Assembly: GCF_009914755.1 (NCBI RefSeq)
Contig: NC_060938.1
Reading direction: 5' to 3' (one strand)
Length of the DNA: 64,000 bases
Source: the human T2T-CHM13v2.0 reference genome, Homo sapiens
The translations under genes and the position numbers were made by a program. This document shows, in pieces, positions 13,700 to 27,835 of this stretch (position 1 is its first letter; each line of letters opens with the position of its first letter). The notes under the pieces were generated by a model that saw only the letters and a list, made by a program, of their open reading frames with translations, made no database searches and was not told the origin of the DNA.

Positions 13700-14200
13700 C
13701 CTTGAAAGTTGCTAAAAGGAAAATGAAGTTTGAAATGTGGTCCCTGTCCTTGAGAAGCTTCAAACTTAATTGGAGAAACAAGACACAAACATATTAAAAT
13801 TTAAGAGGCGAAGCAGAGCCATATGTGATTGAGTGTTGGATGACTCAGTGCTTTGGGAGTTCGGAGGAGGCAAAGAATGCAGTGGGCTAAAGAAGAGGTG
13901 GGATTTGACCAGACTATGATGAATGAGTAAAATTGGGATGGGCTGGCAGAAGGGCATCCTGGAGGGGACAACTATGTGAGCAAATTCTAGAGACAGAGAT
14001 GGACAAGGTATTTTGGAAGACAGTAAATTAATGAAATACATAAATAAGAATTTGCATAGAGGCAGGAAATGCATTTGAGCCAGGGGACTAGGAAGTCTTA
14101 AATGCGAAGCAAAGGAATATTGTTTTGATGGAAATGTAATAATCCTTTAAGGCTCTTTTTAGTAAGAGAATAAAACAGAGATGCTAATTGGACGAAACTG
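13700..14200 (-). mobile_element. L2 LINE fragment
   Basis: 'tggtccctgtccttgagaagctt', 'gaagggcatcctggaggggacaactatgtgagcaaa' purine-rich antisense L2 motifs. Confidence 0.65.
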
Positions 14201-14509
14201 GCCATGCTGTCTCAAACCTCCGTGTTTTTCAAATATTAGAATGTATGCCTCAAATCTCATTTTGTCACTTCTCCCAGCAGATTACTATGTTTTCTTCAGT
14301 AACTCACTCAGTGCTGTGAAAATTTTGCAAACTTACCTAGGGAAAGTTTGTTTCTCACCCTTTTGAGTCCTGCAATGCTTCAGACACATCTCGTAGAAGG
14401 TAAAGCTTGTGTGACTTCCTGCTTGCATACCCCATTTATAGTAGTGGGCTTGGCACATGGAGGGGTCATATCACCAGACTGTATGTGCCAATGTGAGCAA
14501 ATTAAATAG

Positions 14510-14720
14510 CAGCACCTATCGTTTATGAAGTGTTTTCTCTGTATCAGGCATGGTACTAGATACTTAACATATATTATTAATAACATATCACCTCTAATCC
14601 TCTCAACCATTCAAACAGGTAGGTATTAACTCTCTGGCGGAGCTGAAGAAATTAAGGTTTGCCCAAAGTCTCATAGCTATTAAAGAGCAGTGATGTTGAG
14701 CTCCAAAGCCCATTTCTTTT
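14510..14720 (-). mobile_element. MIR SINE
   Basis: 'tttatgaagtgttttctctgtatcaggcatggtactag...taatcctctcaacca...gtttgcccaaagtctcatagcta'. Confidence 0.7.
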
Positions 14721-15476
14721 GCCTCTACTGGTTATTTTAACATCTTTTAAAGGCCTAAAGCACCCATCATAGTGCATGATACATGGGAAATGCTGAGCAC
14801 ATGTTTTCAAATGAAAGAGAGTAAAAGCACTAGAGAATACTGTCAATGGGTGGAAGACATAAGACCCAAAGACCTTTAGTTGGATCTGCAGAGCCTTGCT
14901 TCTGCCAGTGCGCATTTGGGGGAAACTGCAGATGCCAGCCAGCCCTGAGTCCATTCTCCTGCAATGGGCAACAATAGGAGTCCTCACAAGTCCTCACCTT
15001 TTCTCCAGCCTTCTTTTCTGTACAGTGAGGAAACTAAACTAAATGATTTCTAAGGTTTCTTCTAACGTTTATATTCTATTCTAACATCTAAGAAAGTAGC
15101 ATATTTAAATTAATTTACATGAAAAGACAAATTATTAGGAGTCCTTACTTTTACCCTTGCTCAGAGTTTTTACAACTTAAAAGGGACATTTGTCCCTTGA
15201 TGTTGCAGAATAGTAGGCAATGTGAGTGAACTTGTGTACAGAGATGCTTCCTAGCAGGTTGGTCCCATGCCATGGTTCTCTCAAAGCTGACTTAGGTGCC
15301 CCTACCACCAGCATCCTGTGCATACCTCTCTCAACACACATCACACCACATAATAATCATTCATTATCAGGTGTACTTTGTCCATTAGACTAGGGTATCT
15401 TCAAGGGCAAGGATCTGTCTTTTATTTCTGAATGCCATACTTCTGGCACCTTCTTAGAGCTAAAAAAGTAAAAATA

Positions 15477-15776
15477 CAGTCATCCCTCAGTATTTGCAGG
15501 GGGATTCCAGGACCCTTTCAGATACTAAAATTATCAGGTGCTCAAGCTTCTTCTATAAAATAGCACAGTATTTGTATACAACCTACACATATCTTCCTAC
15601 ATACTTTAAATCATCTCTAGATAACTGGTAATACCTAACACAATGTAATTGCTATTATTGTTTGTTGTTGTTGTTGTTGTTGTATTGCTATTTTAATTGT
15701 TTTTTCCCCAAATATTTTCGATCTGTAGTTGGTTGAATTCACAGATGCAGAACCCACAAATATGGAGGACCAACTA
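15477..15776 (+). mobile_element. MER2 (Tigger-derived MITE) inserted in an L2 3' end
   Basis: TA|cagtcatccctcagtatt...gatgcagaacccacaaatatggaggaccaacta|TA with inverted ends; internal (TTG)n; flanks 15300-15450 and 'gttgaatgaat' look like an L2 tail. Confidence 0.85.
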
Positions 15777-17039
15777 TACTGTGGTTGAATGAATATCTCA
15801 ATTTATGGTCTCAAACAAATCTTTTCAAAAGAAAGTCTCAGGATCAGCTTCTTTCACACATTAATTACCTTATATTCTCCAGAAATGATGAAAGAGTCCT
15901 GTGCACAACTTTCTGCGTCTCCCTTCCAGTCCCTTGACTTAGTCTCGCTGCCTGTTTTTCTGGGATCCATGGGACCCCAGTTCCAGACCTCTGCCTGCCC
16001 AGCCTCCTGCTGGCCCAGGAAGAAGCACTGATGCTCTTTAGTTCTCAGCCCTGAGAAAACCACACTGAAGGTGGGCCTCACCTTCACAGAAGGACCGACT
16101 GCCTCTTGGCAGTTTGGAGAGAGTTGCGGGATTTTTCAGCCTAGATGTAACCTCTTCTCTGAGTACCCCTGCTCTGTAAAATATTTTAATCATATTCTTC
16201 ATCTCGTTAGTGGATGAAAGTCATCCCAAATGGTCTGAAGGCCTCTTCATTCCCCATGTAAAATGTAGCTGGTGTTTCAGGGTGAGAGGGGCAGTATTAT
16301 AAGGGGAAAAGAAAACACACAGGAGCACCTTGAAAGCCATAAGAGAAAGGATTTAGATTGCACAGGTGAAGTTCTAAAGGAGAAAACCATGCCATTTGCC
16401 TAAGATTCCATCTGAAAGGCAAAAAGAAATGTTATGCCATGCAACTGATTAGAAGTTAAAATATATATTTGCCTCCAATTTTTTCCTCAAAGCTAAATTT
16501 CTCTGGATGTGTACCTGATTAGTGACAGTGTCAGAGCTTAGAACTTAACAGTGATCATGGGGCAGTAGTTTTGCTTCCATTCTGTTTTGAATCTTTTATT
16601 GTAAAATATATGCCTTATGCCTCATTTGCTGTAAAATCTATTTTATTGTGGTACTTAATTAATGATCACTTTGACCATTTGTGGCAAGCGGCCAAAAATT
16701 TATCTTCTCTGCCTCTTTTTTTTTTAACTGCCAGTGTTTGAGAAAAGCAGATTAGGTAAAGACCTATCAATCTGCCTTATCCATTAATAAACTGGAGAAA
16801 TCGGCTGTAATTTCTTCTTAAATTATATATTAAGGGCTTCTAAAAATACCCTTTGTTTTGAATGCTGAAATAAAATGCTGTGAAATTCAAAGTTAAAGTA
16901 TATTACATATTTATGACTTAGAACATATGCATGTAAAATTTTTAAATTGTTTTATGATTTGATAATGATTAGAAAGAGAAACAAAAGGGAAAAAGAAAGA
17001 TGGAAAAGGTAAGGAGGGAAAAGAGAAAGAAAACCTTGA

Positions 17040-17331
<292 letters not shown>

Positions 17332-20300
17332 TTAAGGGACTCCAACATTGAATCCTATATAGATAGCAATAAATGTTTGTCCCAAGTGTAAAAGATTCAC
17401 TAACACTTTACGTCGGTACCAATGTAGAAGTCTAACATTTCTTTCCTTCCCAAAGAGCTTACTTTTGGTAAACAAGGAAGTGTACGTGAAATCAACTGTT
17501 TCAAGCCTTTCAGAATCTCTTTATGACTTGGCTTCTACTGTGAGACCCACCAAAGGCCTGCTGCTTGTGATATCAGAGTGTAGCTTGCAGCCCATAAATA
17601 TTGAAAGTGCAGTTTGTCACTTGTATTTGTTTTACACTTACAAATTAGGAGACACATTTACTATAAATATAGTTAGCATCCAGAGGTTTCAAAGCTAAGA
17701 ATATGTGCGTTCAAAATGTCTGTTTGCCTTATTTATGCTGTGGCTACCACATTTGTATAAACAGAAAATTACTCCATTCATGCTTTATTGCTTCTTCTTT
17801 TGTACCACAGCCTTGACCCCAGTCATCATAAATTGAGAAATAGTGGGGAACTAATGGAGACAGATGGGAATATGGCTTGCCGTTTACTCAAATTGGTAAA
17901 GTAATTAACCTCAAGGTGCTGGTTTGCAAGAAAAATTGTTGGAATATCTCAGGACATCGGTAAAGAGACTCCTGCTTTAACCAGTTCTGACAACTGCATC
18001 ATAAACTAGACTTATTCTGTTCAATTGACCTGTCAACATCTTGAGTCCAAATAAAGATTTGTATTACAATGCACTTGCTGAGAAGTGGGAGAACACCACT
18101 GCTGTTTCTTTTCAAATGGGTTGCTGTTCTCTGCCTGCTAGATAGTAACTGGATTGTCATATATTCATTCTTCAGCCATTATATTCCTTAGAAATCTTCC
18201 ATTACTGATTGTGTGACAGCTTCGTGACAGCAGATGGTAGTCATTTGGCTCCAGAAAATGAAATGAAGAAACATGGGCCAGGCTGGCTGGGCTCATTTAG
18301 AACAGCAGTGGACAGGGGCCAGATCTAGATTTTATTTATCCAGGGACATCCTGTGATGAAGCCAGAGTTGCGCTGGTAGTGTGTTGTTCCCTCCAGATTG
18401 CGGGGTGGGACTGGATTTCTGCAGATTTTTATATAAATCAAAGGCGGTCTTGTAAATAGGGCCATTCGATCAAACCAAACCAAAGTATATTCCTTTTGAA
18501 AGCTGACAGATTTCACTTATTCCAAACAGGTCTCTCTCCTTTTCTCTTTCTCTTCCCCTTCACTAGTTCCTAGGAGTAGCATGTAGATTTCTCTTTTGCA
18601 CTTTATCAGCTGTGAGCTACTTTCACAGCCGTGAGCTCAATCTTTGGAGCACTGTAGCTTCCCCATATTCAGTCGTAACTGGGAGAGGTTTGACTCCTGT
18701 AAGCCAGTATGGCTGCTCATTTCACGTATTTCAGTTTGCAGTTGAAGCAGATATTTTTAAAAAAGAGGAAGAAAGCTCTTTGTGATATCACCATAAAATT
18801 TATCTGGAAGGCATATGTCATGGGAACATAAAGAGTAATTTTCGTCTAAAGTAAATATATCCATTCATAAGAGAAGAAAACTAAAAATGTCTCATGGCAT
18901 CTCAATTTGAAGAAAAGTCAGTTGATTTAGAAACAGGTTTAGCTCCAGATTGCCATGTTGATTTTCTTCATACATATACCTGTGGAAACAATATTCACAA
19001 AATGAGCAAACCCTAGCACATTAATTCCATTCCCAGAGGGCAGCAGTTACTCGAGAGTGGGAAGGCTGTGTCTAGGCACAGGGTGGAAGTATTGTAGCCA
19101 TGAGTTTCAGCTGAGCTGGCCGGCACTGGCCTGTCCACCTAGAGGTGATCAGCTGAGAAGACTCAAAAGTATCTGGTTTTTTAAAGGGTAAATTCATTAC
19201 TGCCTTGAATTGGAATTTTTCATGTGGACCTGTTTAGAAGAGGGACTAAATAATTACCTATATACTGTCTTCAAGTTTTATTTTTTTAAAAAGCCTATCT
19301 GAAAATTCATAGAACTCTTCATTTTGAAAAGTATACCCATGCTTCCTCCAAAGTTGCTAAATTTCTCTTAATTCTGTTGCAGTCTCTGGGGATTAAAACA
19401 ATACCCAATTTAAGACAAGCTAGAGGTCAGGTTCTTTCTAATGCTGTGATTTCATGAGTGGATAGGAAGTCCTTTCTCTTGAAAAATAAGTTACTGCTAT
19501 TGAACTCAGTAGGAGGCACATTCTCCCTTCTCACCCAGGAGTCTTCCTATGAGGCTAACACACTCATCTTGATTGGAATCTCCTTTACCCAGACCCATTT
19601 CCTAATCCTAGTTGCCTTTTCCAAAGAAGAACTAATGCTGACATTCCAGTTTTTCCATCCTGCCCAGAGCTTTCCATCTCAGTCTTCCAACAATGCTCTT
19701 CAAAAATTGGAGTCTTCAGCCTACTAAGTATGTCTTTGTTTCTTTGACTTTGTACCTGATATTTTTGGTTTCACATAATGGTGATGATGTGTGTATATGT
19801 GAATAGTTTTAATAAGTCATCATTCTATTTTCATCTGATCAAGTGTCTAAAACCTAGTGCCTTACAATCAGAGTAAACTCTCTCAATCCGAGCAGTAGGC
19901 TTTGAAGAAAATGCTGTGAATTCAAGGGGGTCATATCCAAATTGATCTCTATAGAATGAATTCCAAAATTACAAACTTGCATATGTTAGGCTACTACTTA
20001 TTTTTAAAACTATGCATTTTTGGTGCTGGGACTTTATTGTATGCTAACTTCAAATTGAAAGCTACATACGTTTGGGTTTGGGTTTTGTGGCCGATGGCTG
20101 CATTATCTTAAATGGGTGATGACTTCACAGATTACATCAAAAATGCTTTCAGGGTGTCTTTTGCCTGTGCCTATTTCCATCATTAAATTAACCATGAGTT
20201 AATGTGTGACTGTTAAAGAAAACACAAGGCAGCATTTTGCAGTGATAGCTAATGGATTAGAATGGCATTAAATATTTTCCTCCTGGCAGACATAACATTT

Positions 20301-23300
20301 TATAGTTTGGCTTTAAAATAAAGGCTATTTTATATACACTGCAATTTCATTCAGTTATTTCTCAGACTTTGGCACATCCACTGGCTAGTTCAAACTTTAT
20401 GTCACCAACAGAAGAGAGTGCATTTAACTTATTGCAGTCTCTTATTAGGCACATGTTTTTTTTATCAGGCACTAGAAGCTATGGGAAGAATCAACCCACT
20501 CTCAAGTGGGCACATTTCCATATTTTTGCATGTCCGTGTATCTGTCTGTTATGTTTATGTGTCCGTATTTATTTGCTCCCCAACCTGTAAGAAGTTGAAC
20601 CGTTTAAATCCATTTGTTACCTGAATTGTTTTCTCCTGTTTTGAAACATTTTAATTTATAATCAGACAAGAAGAACAGATGTAAGAGTTGTAATTTAATC
20701 ATTTTATTGCTATCTTTGTATATTTTGAAGAATTAGGTATTGTACTCATGGGAAGTCGTATTTTATGCCTAGTTGGAAAAATGAATAATGTAATAATATG
20801 CAAAATGTAAAGTTTTAGAACTTCACTACTGAGTAAGGCATATAAACTAATGATCTGGTTAAGGTCCCCTGTGCACCATAATAAATATGGACTAAATTTG
20901 TCATTATAGCTTTAGACAGAGGTTTCAGGCAACAGATTTAATTAAATCCTTTTTTAATATTCATACTTCTAAACTGCATAATTCCCTTCTACTGTAAAAC
21001 TGAGTGCTATATTAAAACAAACAAAAACGGCAGATTACTAAATGGATATTAGCGTGAAGTCAATAAGCATTTAATTCTGGAGAGAACTCTGTGAGGAGAG
21101 AGGAAGCTTCATGGAGCTCATTCAGGAGATCTTGACTTAGATTTGGGAAGCTCGTTCAGGAGGGCTTACTTCTGTTTTCATGCTGACTCTTGTAGGGGAG
21201 GTTAATTAGTTAATTTTGGAACTCATAAAGGACAGGAGCAACAAAAGAAGGCCCTTTGTTAGCCTTAAAACAAGTGATGGTTATTAAAAATCTAATTCAG
21301 GAGTCCATGAGAAATGTGTTGATGACACTGAAGAAGTGTAGAATATCTGGATACTGGTAACTTTTAGAAAGGTTAAATAATAAGATCCGTTACTTTGTAA
21401 GGTCTTGTGCCCCTGTGACATCCAGCCCAGGCACTAGAGTTCCTCCAAAAACTGTAATAACTCCTTCTGGATTTTGCACAGAACAAATCTAGATGTTTTG
21501 TTCCCTTTTGTGTGATTAAAAGCTCGATTCTGAATATTTCCATGTGAACATTTCTTCGATGAAGAGTCATATTATCCACAGAATAACTAAATATTAAGTC
21601 TTTGAAAAACTGTTTGACTAGTGCCATTAGCTGACTTTATGACCATCCTTGTTAAATAACCAAATCAAACTCCACTCCCCCAAGGTAATTACTTGGGTCA
21701 AATTGCCAATGGAGTCTGTAAGTCTGCTTAGAATCTGATTAAATATTCTCTTTATGCATTTTCTCCACCTGTGCTGGATTTTTGTAGATTCATATTTTTC
21801 TGCCCCTTAACCAGTTTTCTCCTGATAAATTAAGAGCTCTCTGTGCTTGGCATAGATTTGGGATCAACAAATGTAAACTGAATGAATAGAATTGTATATA
21901 GAATAAATAGTATTATGAATTGTATAATAAAGAACCATGTAGAGCAGGTGACCTGACCCCCTAATTGTACAGATTAAAAAAACTGGACTGAAAATAGTTT
22001 AATTGGCTTGCCCATAGTTATAAAATAATTACTGGCTAACGATGACACAGGAAGTGGTGACTACCTTATCAAACACAAGATATATAAAGAAAGATAATTC
22101 ATACTCTTTGTCCTCAAAGTAACTCACAGGTCCATTAATAAGACAATATAAGCACAGAAACAATAATTCCAAACAGCATAAGTCTAAACACCAAAGATAC
22201 ACTTTAGAGTTAAACCATCTAAACTCTGAAACAGCATAGGAAAAGAGCAATGAAGGCTGACCTGTCTGGGAAAAGCTTCATGGGCAGTGGTTTGCTTTAA
22301 GTGGACCTTGAAGGATAGGAGAGGTGAGGCCATGAGCACTGCATTCTGGGGTAAGCAGACATTTTTTTTTCAAAAGGTTCTAACAGTGGAGCAGTGGGAG
22401 AACAGAAACATACGTGCTTCTGCCCCAGCCAGCACTTCTCCTGACCCCATTGGCTAGCACCCAGAGAGAAAAGTGAATGTCTCCTTTCCTTACTATGCAG
22501 ATCTGGTTCCAAGAAACAGACAGACTATCCATTCAGAATTTATGTCGTGAAACAAGTTCACAGTTGATAATATGGTCCTGAAGTCAGGAGAAATGGATTC
22601 ATTTTCATTTTCTGGGACTACCTTTGAAGTTGTTGAGGGAGGATAATTATTTTCCCGCTTCAAAGTATTTTCTCACATCATTTTCTTGGAAATGACAATT
22701 GGGCAGTGCCCCAGGTTGGCAAATCCAACCTTAGTTTGATGAATGCAATTCTGAACACAGCCCTTGATTCACTGTTCGTTTTCATGGCTCAAAATTTAGC
22801 TTTGCAAGGTGAATTGTCATGTATTTTTGGCAAACCATTTCTTCCCTCAACTTTAAAACCAAAAGAGGACATAGGTAGTCCTAGAATTATTTAAACTGGA
22901 AAACCAGCTTGGAGATAGGGATCTCATTTAATTTGATCTCACAAATTTGAGTGAGAAAATTAAGACATCCAGAGCTCTTAATGACAGTCATCACATTGGT
23001 TAAGTGACTTAAGGCAGATACAGGTATAATCTTGGGAACTAAACCAAAGGCATCTTCTCTGGGACTAGCTGAATGTGCGTGCTCAAATACTACAACTATT
23101 TCTGGAAAGTAACTTAGACTTAATACTTTATTTAAAAAATATTCATATTTTCATCATTATCAATGTCTTTTAGCGGTAAATATCCTCTTAAATGAAAGTT
23201 TGATCCGATCTGATTTGGAGTAAGCATGAGGACTTCTTCCTCTAACCAAGAGTAATAGGGTTTGGATTTGCCTTCCCACCTGAAAAATTAGAAAAGAGAC

Positions 23301-23757
23301 AGAAGATATTATTTAAAAACTGATTTCCAAGCTACTAGAGATCTGGTAATGAAGGACAGTGATCCCAGAAAGACAGGAAACAAAAGTGAGTCCTACAACT
23401 TTTCCAGCTCACAGGGAGCAGGTTCCTGACAGAGCCTGGAGGACCCCCTGAGTTGAGAAAACAGAACCGAGAGTGTGGGGAGACCTCGATTAGCTAGAAT
23501 TCAAGGGGCAGAGATGAGAGCTCCACAGAGTGAAAATTCTAGAAATTTGCAGAGGGTTGCCCCTAAGTATTCAGCCGAGCACTAATCAGTGCATGAGTGT
23601 GAAAAAAGCAGGCAAGGCTGGGGGAAGAGCCATCTGAAAGGATGAAAGGTATAGTGCCCAGCACTCAAATAGACCTGAAAACAGTGCCTGTTTCCATTAG
23701 CCAGACTGGAAACCATTAAGACTCGCAGGGCATTGGGTAGGGTATACAAAAGGGTCT

Positions 23758-24180
23758 TGTCGAGCAAGTGGCTTCTGTTGCCTGTTATCAGGAGTAGAAG
23801 TCTGAGTGCTTCTGTGCACTGCATCTTGCTATCAGAGTTGCCAAGGAAAACACAGCACATTCAAGCACTAGGAACGATACTTTACTCAGTCCCTCATGGT
23901 GGGTGGGTCTCTCCCAGCAGGCATCCTGCACGCACTCACCTCTTGCGCTGCAGCAGAAGGGCCCACACCCACTGTTGAAGCTGACCTTGCTCTGCCTCTT
24001 CTATATGTGAGTAAAGTTTTTTTTTCATCCAGTGCTTAATGGCATTATGGGTTTGTTGGTGGTGGTGGTGGTTTGTTTTTGTTTTGTTTCATTTGGTGAC
24101 TCAGATAAATACTAAGTTACAGTGGACAAAAATATTCAGACTTATCCTGACAGTAGATAATAGATGCCACTTATTCAGCA
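23758..24180. mobile_element. palindromic LTR-like element (ERVL, MER54/MER73/MER74-like group) inserted in the L1ME 5' region
   Basis: TG...CA termini, 5 bp TSD ggtct/ggcct, long imperfect terminal inverted arms, AGTAAA signal on each strand; removing it restores L1ME-like 'aagggtcttg..tcagtagtggggaataattagccct'. Confidence 0.7.
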
Positions 24181-26845
24181 GGCCTTGATTCAGTAGTGGG
24201 GAATAATTAGCCCTGGTCTGAGCGCTGTTTCAGTCCCACCTTACAAATCTGTAGGGTGGGACCCAAAAGGATCAAAATACCTCCAGGTAACTTGACTGCA
24301 TCCCACAACAAATCTCAGTGATATTTCAGGAACAGAATACCCATGATCCAACAATGTAAAATTCACAATGTCACTTCCAATCATACGTACCAGATGTGGA
24401 AAGGAGCAGGAATATATAGGCTACAATGAAGAGATATGTTAATTACTCAAAACTTACTAAGAAGTGACATATTAGAATTAGGAGGTAGGGAAGTCAAACT
24501 TGTTATTATTACTACATTCCACATGTTCAAAAAGTTCAATGGAGACATGAAACATGTGGAAGAGACTCAAATCCTAACTTCTACAGATAAAAACTGCAAT
24601 GTGCATGGGATTAACAGTGAATTAGACATTGCAGAAGAAGATATTAGTGACCTAAAAACATACCAGTAGAAACTATGCAAAATGAAATACAGAGGGAAAA
24701 GTGAACTTAAAAAATGAATAGCTCATCAGTGAGCTGGGGGACAACTTCAAGTAGCCTAATATCCGTGTAAGTCCCTAAAGGAGATGGGAGAATGCAAAAA
24801 ATATTTGAGGAAATAAGGACTGAACATTTTTCCAAATTGGATTAGAACTACAAACCTATAAATTCAAGAAGCTCAGTGAGCCCCAAGCACAAAAACAGGA
24901 AGAAAACCACACATATTATAATTAAGTTGCTCACAATCAGTAATAAAGAGAAAGAGCAGCAAGAGGGAAAAAGGACACCTTAGATGCAGAACAATGAGAA
25001 GGATGATAGCAGATTTCTCATAGGAAGTTGGGAAATATATTGAAAACACTGAAAGAAAAACATTCTTAACCTAGAATTCTATGCCAAATGACATGATACT
25101 GGATGTAAATATTCACAAAAGAATGAAGACTGTCAGAAACAGCAACGGGAGTGAATATATTGAAATTTTTCTTACTGCTTAAATCTCTTTAAAAGATAAT
25201 AGTCTGAACAAAATTAATGGGAACACAGTGTGGGATTTGCAGCTTATATAAAAGTAAAATGCATGATGAAACTAGCACCAAGTTCAGGAGGGGAAAAAAG
25301 AAGTATGCTCTTGTAGGGCTCTTTTATGAGAACCGGTATGCTATCACTTGAAGGCAGACTGTGATAAGTTAAAGATTTATAATATGAGCCCTAAAACAAC
25401 TAAAAAAAAAACAAAGAGTTATAGCTAATAAAGCAACAAGGGAGATAAAATAGTGACATTGAGGAATGCTCAGTTAATCTGAAAGAAGGCAGAAAAAGAG
25501 AAGTAACCAATAGAAAACACATGGCAAGATGATAGATTTAAACCTGATCGTATAAATAATTATATTAATTGTAAGTAACCTAAATTGAAACTCAACTTAA
25601 AAAGCAGAGATTGTCAGATTATATAAGCAAGCAAGACCCAATATGTGGCCTACAAGACATATTTCAAGTATTAATATGAAGACAAAATAGGTTTAAAGTA
25701 AATATATGAAAAAAACTGTACTGTGTTAGCACTAATAGAAAGAGTAGCTATGTTAATAGGAAACAAAGTAGATTTCAGATCAAAGAATATAACTATGGAT
25801 AAAGAAGTTCATTTCATAATAAAAAGGAACTATTTCATAAAAGGACACCCGAGTATAAAGCAGTACTGCTAAAATGCAAGGAGGAATAAAAAAAATTCAC
25901 AATTATAGTTGGATATTCTGATACCCCTTTCTCATAGACAGAAAGTCAGTAAAGATATAGAATCTTTAAATAGCACTATCTACCAGCTTGACATTTATTA
26001 AAAACAAAAACAAAAAATCTCCACCTAACAGCAGAGTACACATTCTTCTCAAGTGCACATAAAACATTTACCAAAATACACCTTATTCTGAGCCATAAAG
26101 TACATCTTAATGAATTTTAAAAGGTTTAAGTCATACAAAATATGTTCTCTGACTACAGAGGAGTTAAACTAGAAATCATAACAGAAAATCATTCTAGAAA
26201 AGCTTCAAATATGTGGAAGCTAAATAACACAATCCAAAATTACTCATGGCTCAAACATATAAAAAGGGAAATTAAAATGTATTATGAATGAAATAAAAAT
26301 GAATGTAAAACGTATCAGAATTTGCAGCATATCACTAAAGAAGTAGTTGGGGGAAATTTACAGCACTAAATGCCTATGTTTGAAAATAAGAAATTAGCAT
26401 CTAAAGAAGCTAGAAAAAGAACAAGAAATTAAATCTAAAATGAGTAGAGGAATAGAAATAATTAAGATTAAAGTAGAAATCAATGAAATAGAAACCAATA
26501 GAGAAAAGCAATGAAATAAAAAAGAAACTTGTTCTTTGAGAAGTCCAATAAAAACTTTCAGCTAAGTAGGAATAAAATAGAACTTCCTCAAGTTGATAAA
26601 GGACATCTACAAAAAACCCTATAACTGACATCATACTCAGTGGTGAAAAACGGAATGCCCTTCCGCCATCAGTATTTTAAAAAAAGAAAGGGATGTTTGC
26701 TCTTGCCGCTTTAATGTGACATTGCCTAGAACTTCTAGCCAGTGCAATAAAGCAAGGAGAAGAGATAAAAGGCATTCAAATTAAAAAAAAAAAAAAAAAA
26801 ACACAAACCTTTTATTTACTTAAAATATGATCATCTACCTAGAAA

Positions 26846-26903
26846 ATCTGATTGAATCCATAAAAGACTACTAGATCTGGTTGAATCCACAAAAGACTAC
26901 TAG
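26846..26903 (+). repeat. 29 bp tandem duplication within the L1ME ORF2 relic
   Basis: atctgattgaatccataaaagactactag / atctggttgaatccacaaaagactactag (2 mismatches). Confidence 0.9.
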
Positions 26904-27460
26904 AACTAATAAATGAATTTAGCAAAATTGCAGGATACAAGATCAATATACAAAAATCAAGTATATTTTTACATATGTAGCAATCACAAGTTGAAAAGAA
27001 TAAGTCAGTAGCATTGACAACAGCATTCTTAAGTACTTCAACACTTAAGGACAAATCTGACAAAATATGTGAAAGACATGTACATTAAAAACTATAGAAC
27101 ATTGTTGAAGGCCTAAATAAATGGAGAGATAGATACCATTTTTGTAGGTCAGAAGACTCAGTAATATAAAGATGCTATGTCTCCCTAACATTGATCTATA
27201 GATTCAATACAATTCCAATCAAAATTCTAGTAGACTTTTTTATACAAAATGACAAACTGATTCTAAAATTCACAGGGGTATGCAAGTACCTAGCATAGCC
27301 AAAACAATTTAGAAAAGGAAAAACAAAGTTTGAGGACTGACACTATCTAATTTCAATAATTATTAAAAATCCACAGTAATCAAGACAGCGTGATATTGGC
27401 ATAATATTTGACAAGTATATCAAAGGAGCAGACCCACACATTTATAGGCAGCTGACTTTC

Positions 27461-27835
27461 TTTTATTATTATTATTATTATTATTTAAGTTTTAGGGTAC
27501 ATGTGCCAATGTGCAGGTTTGTTACATACGTATACATGTGCCATGCTGGTGTGCTGCACCCATTAACTCGTCATTTAGCATTAGGTATATCTCCTAAAGC
27601 TATCCCTCCCCCCCTCCCCCCACCCCACAACATTCCCCAGAGTGTGATGTTCCCCTTCCTGTGTCCATGTGTTCTCATTGTTCAATTCCCACCTGTGAGT
27701 GAGAATATGCAGTGTTTGGTTTTTTGTTCTTGCGATAGTTTACTGAGAATGATGATTTCCAATTTCATCCATGTCCCTACAAAGGACATGAACTCATCAT
27801 TTTTTATGGCTGCATAGTATTCCATGGTGTATATG
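27461..27835 (-). mobile_element. young 5'-truncated L1PA (L1PA2-like) 3' end, 375 bp
   Basis: perfect 15 bp TSD aggcagctgactttc (27446-27460, 27836-27850); (TTA)n tail; 'cattaactcgtcatttagcattaggtatatctcc' gives GAG (non-Ta) at the diagnostic site; 'gatagtttactgagaatgatgatttccaatttcatcc'. Confidence 0.95.

Noticed and set aside
13735-13780. L2-derived miR-28/151-like arm
   Set aside because: Only one L2 3' arm is present, with no opposing copy to form a hairpin.
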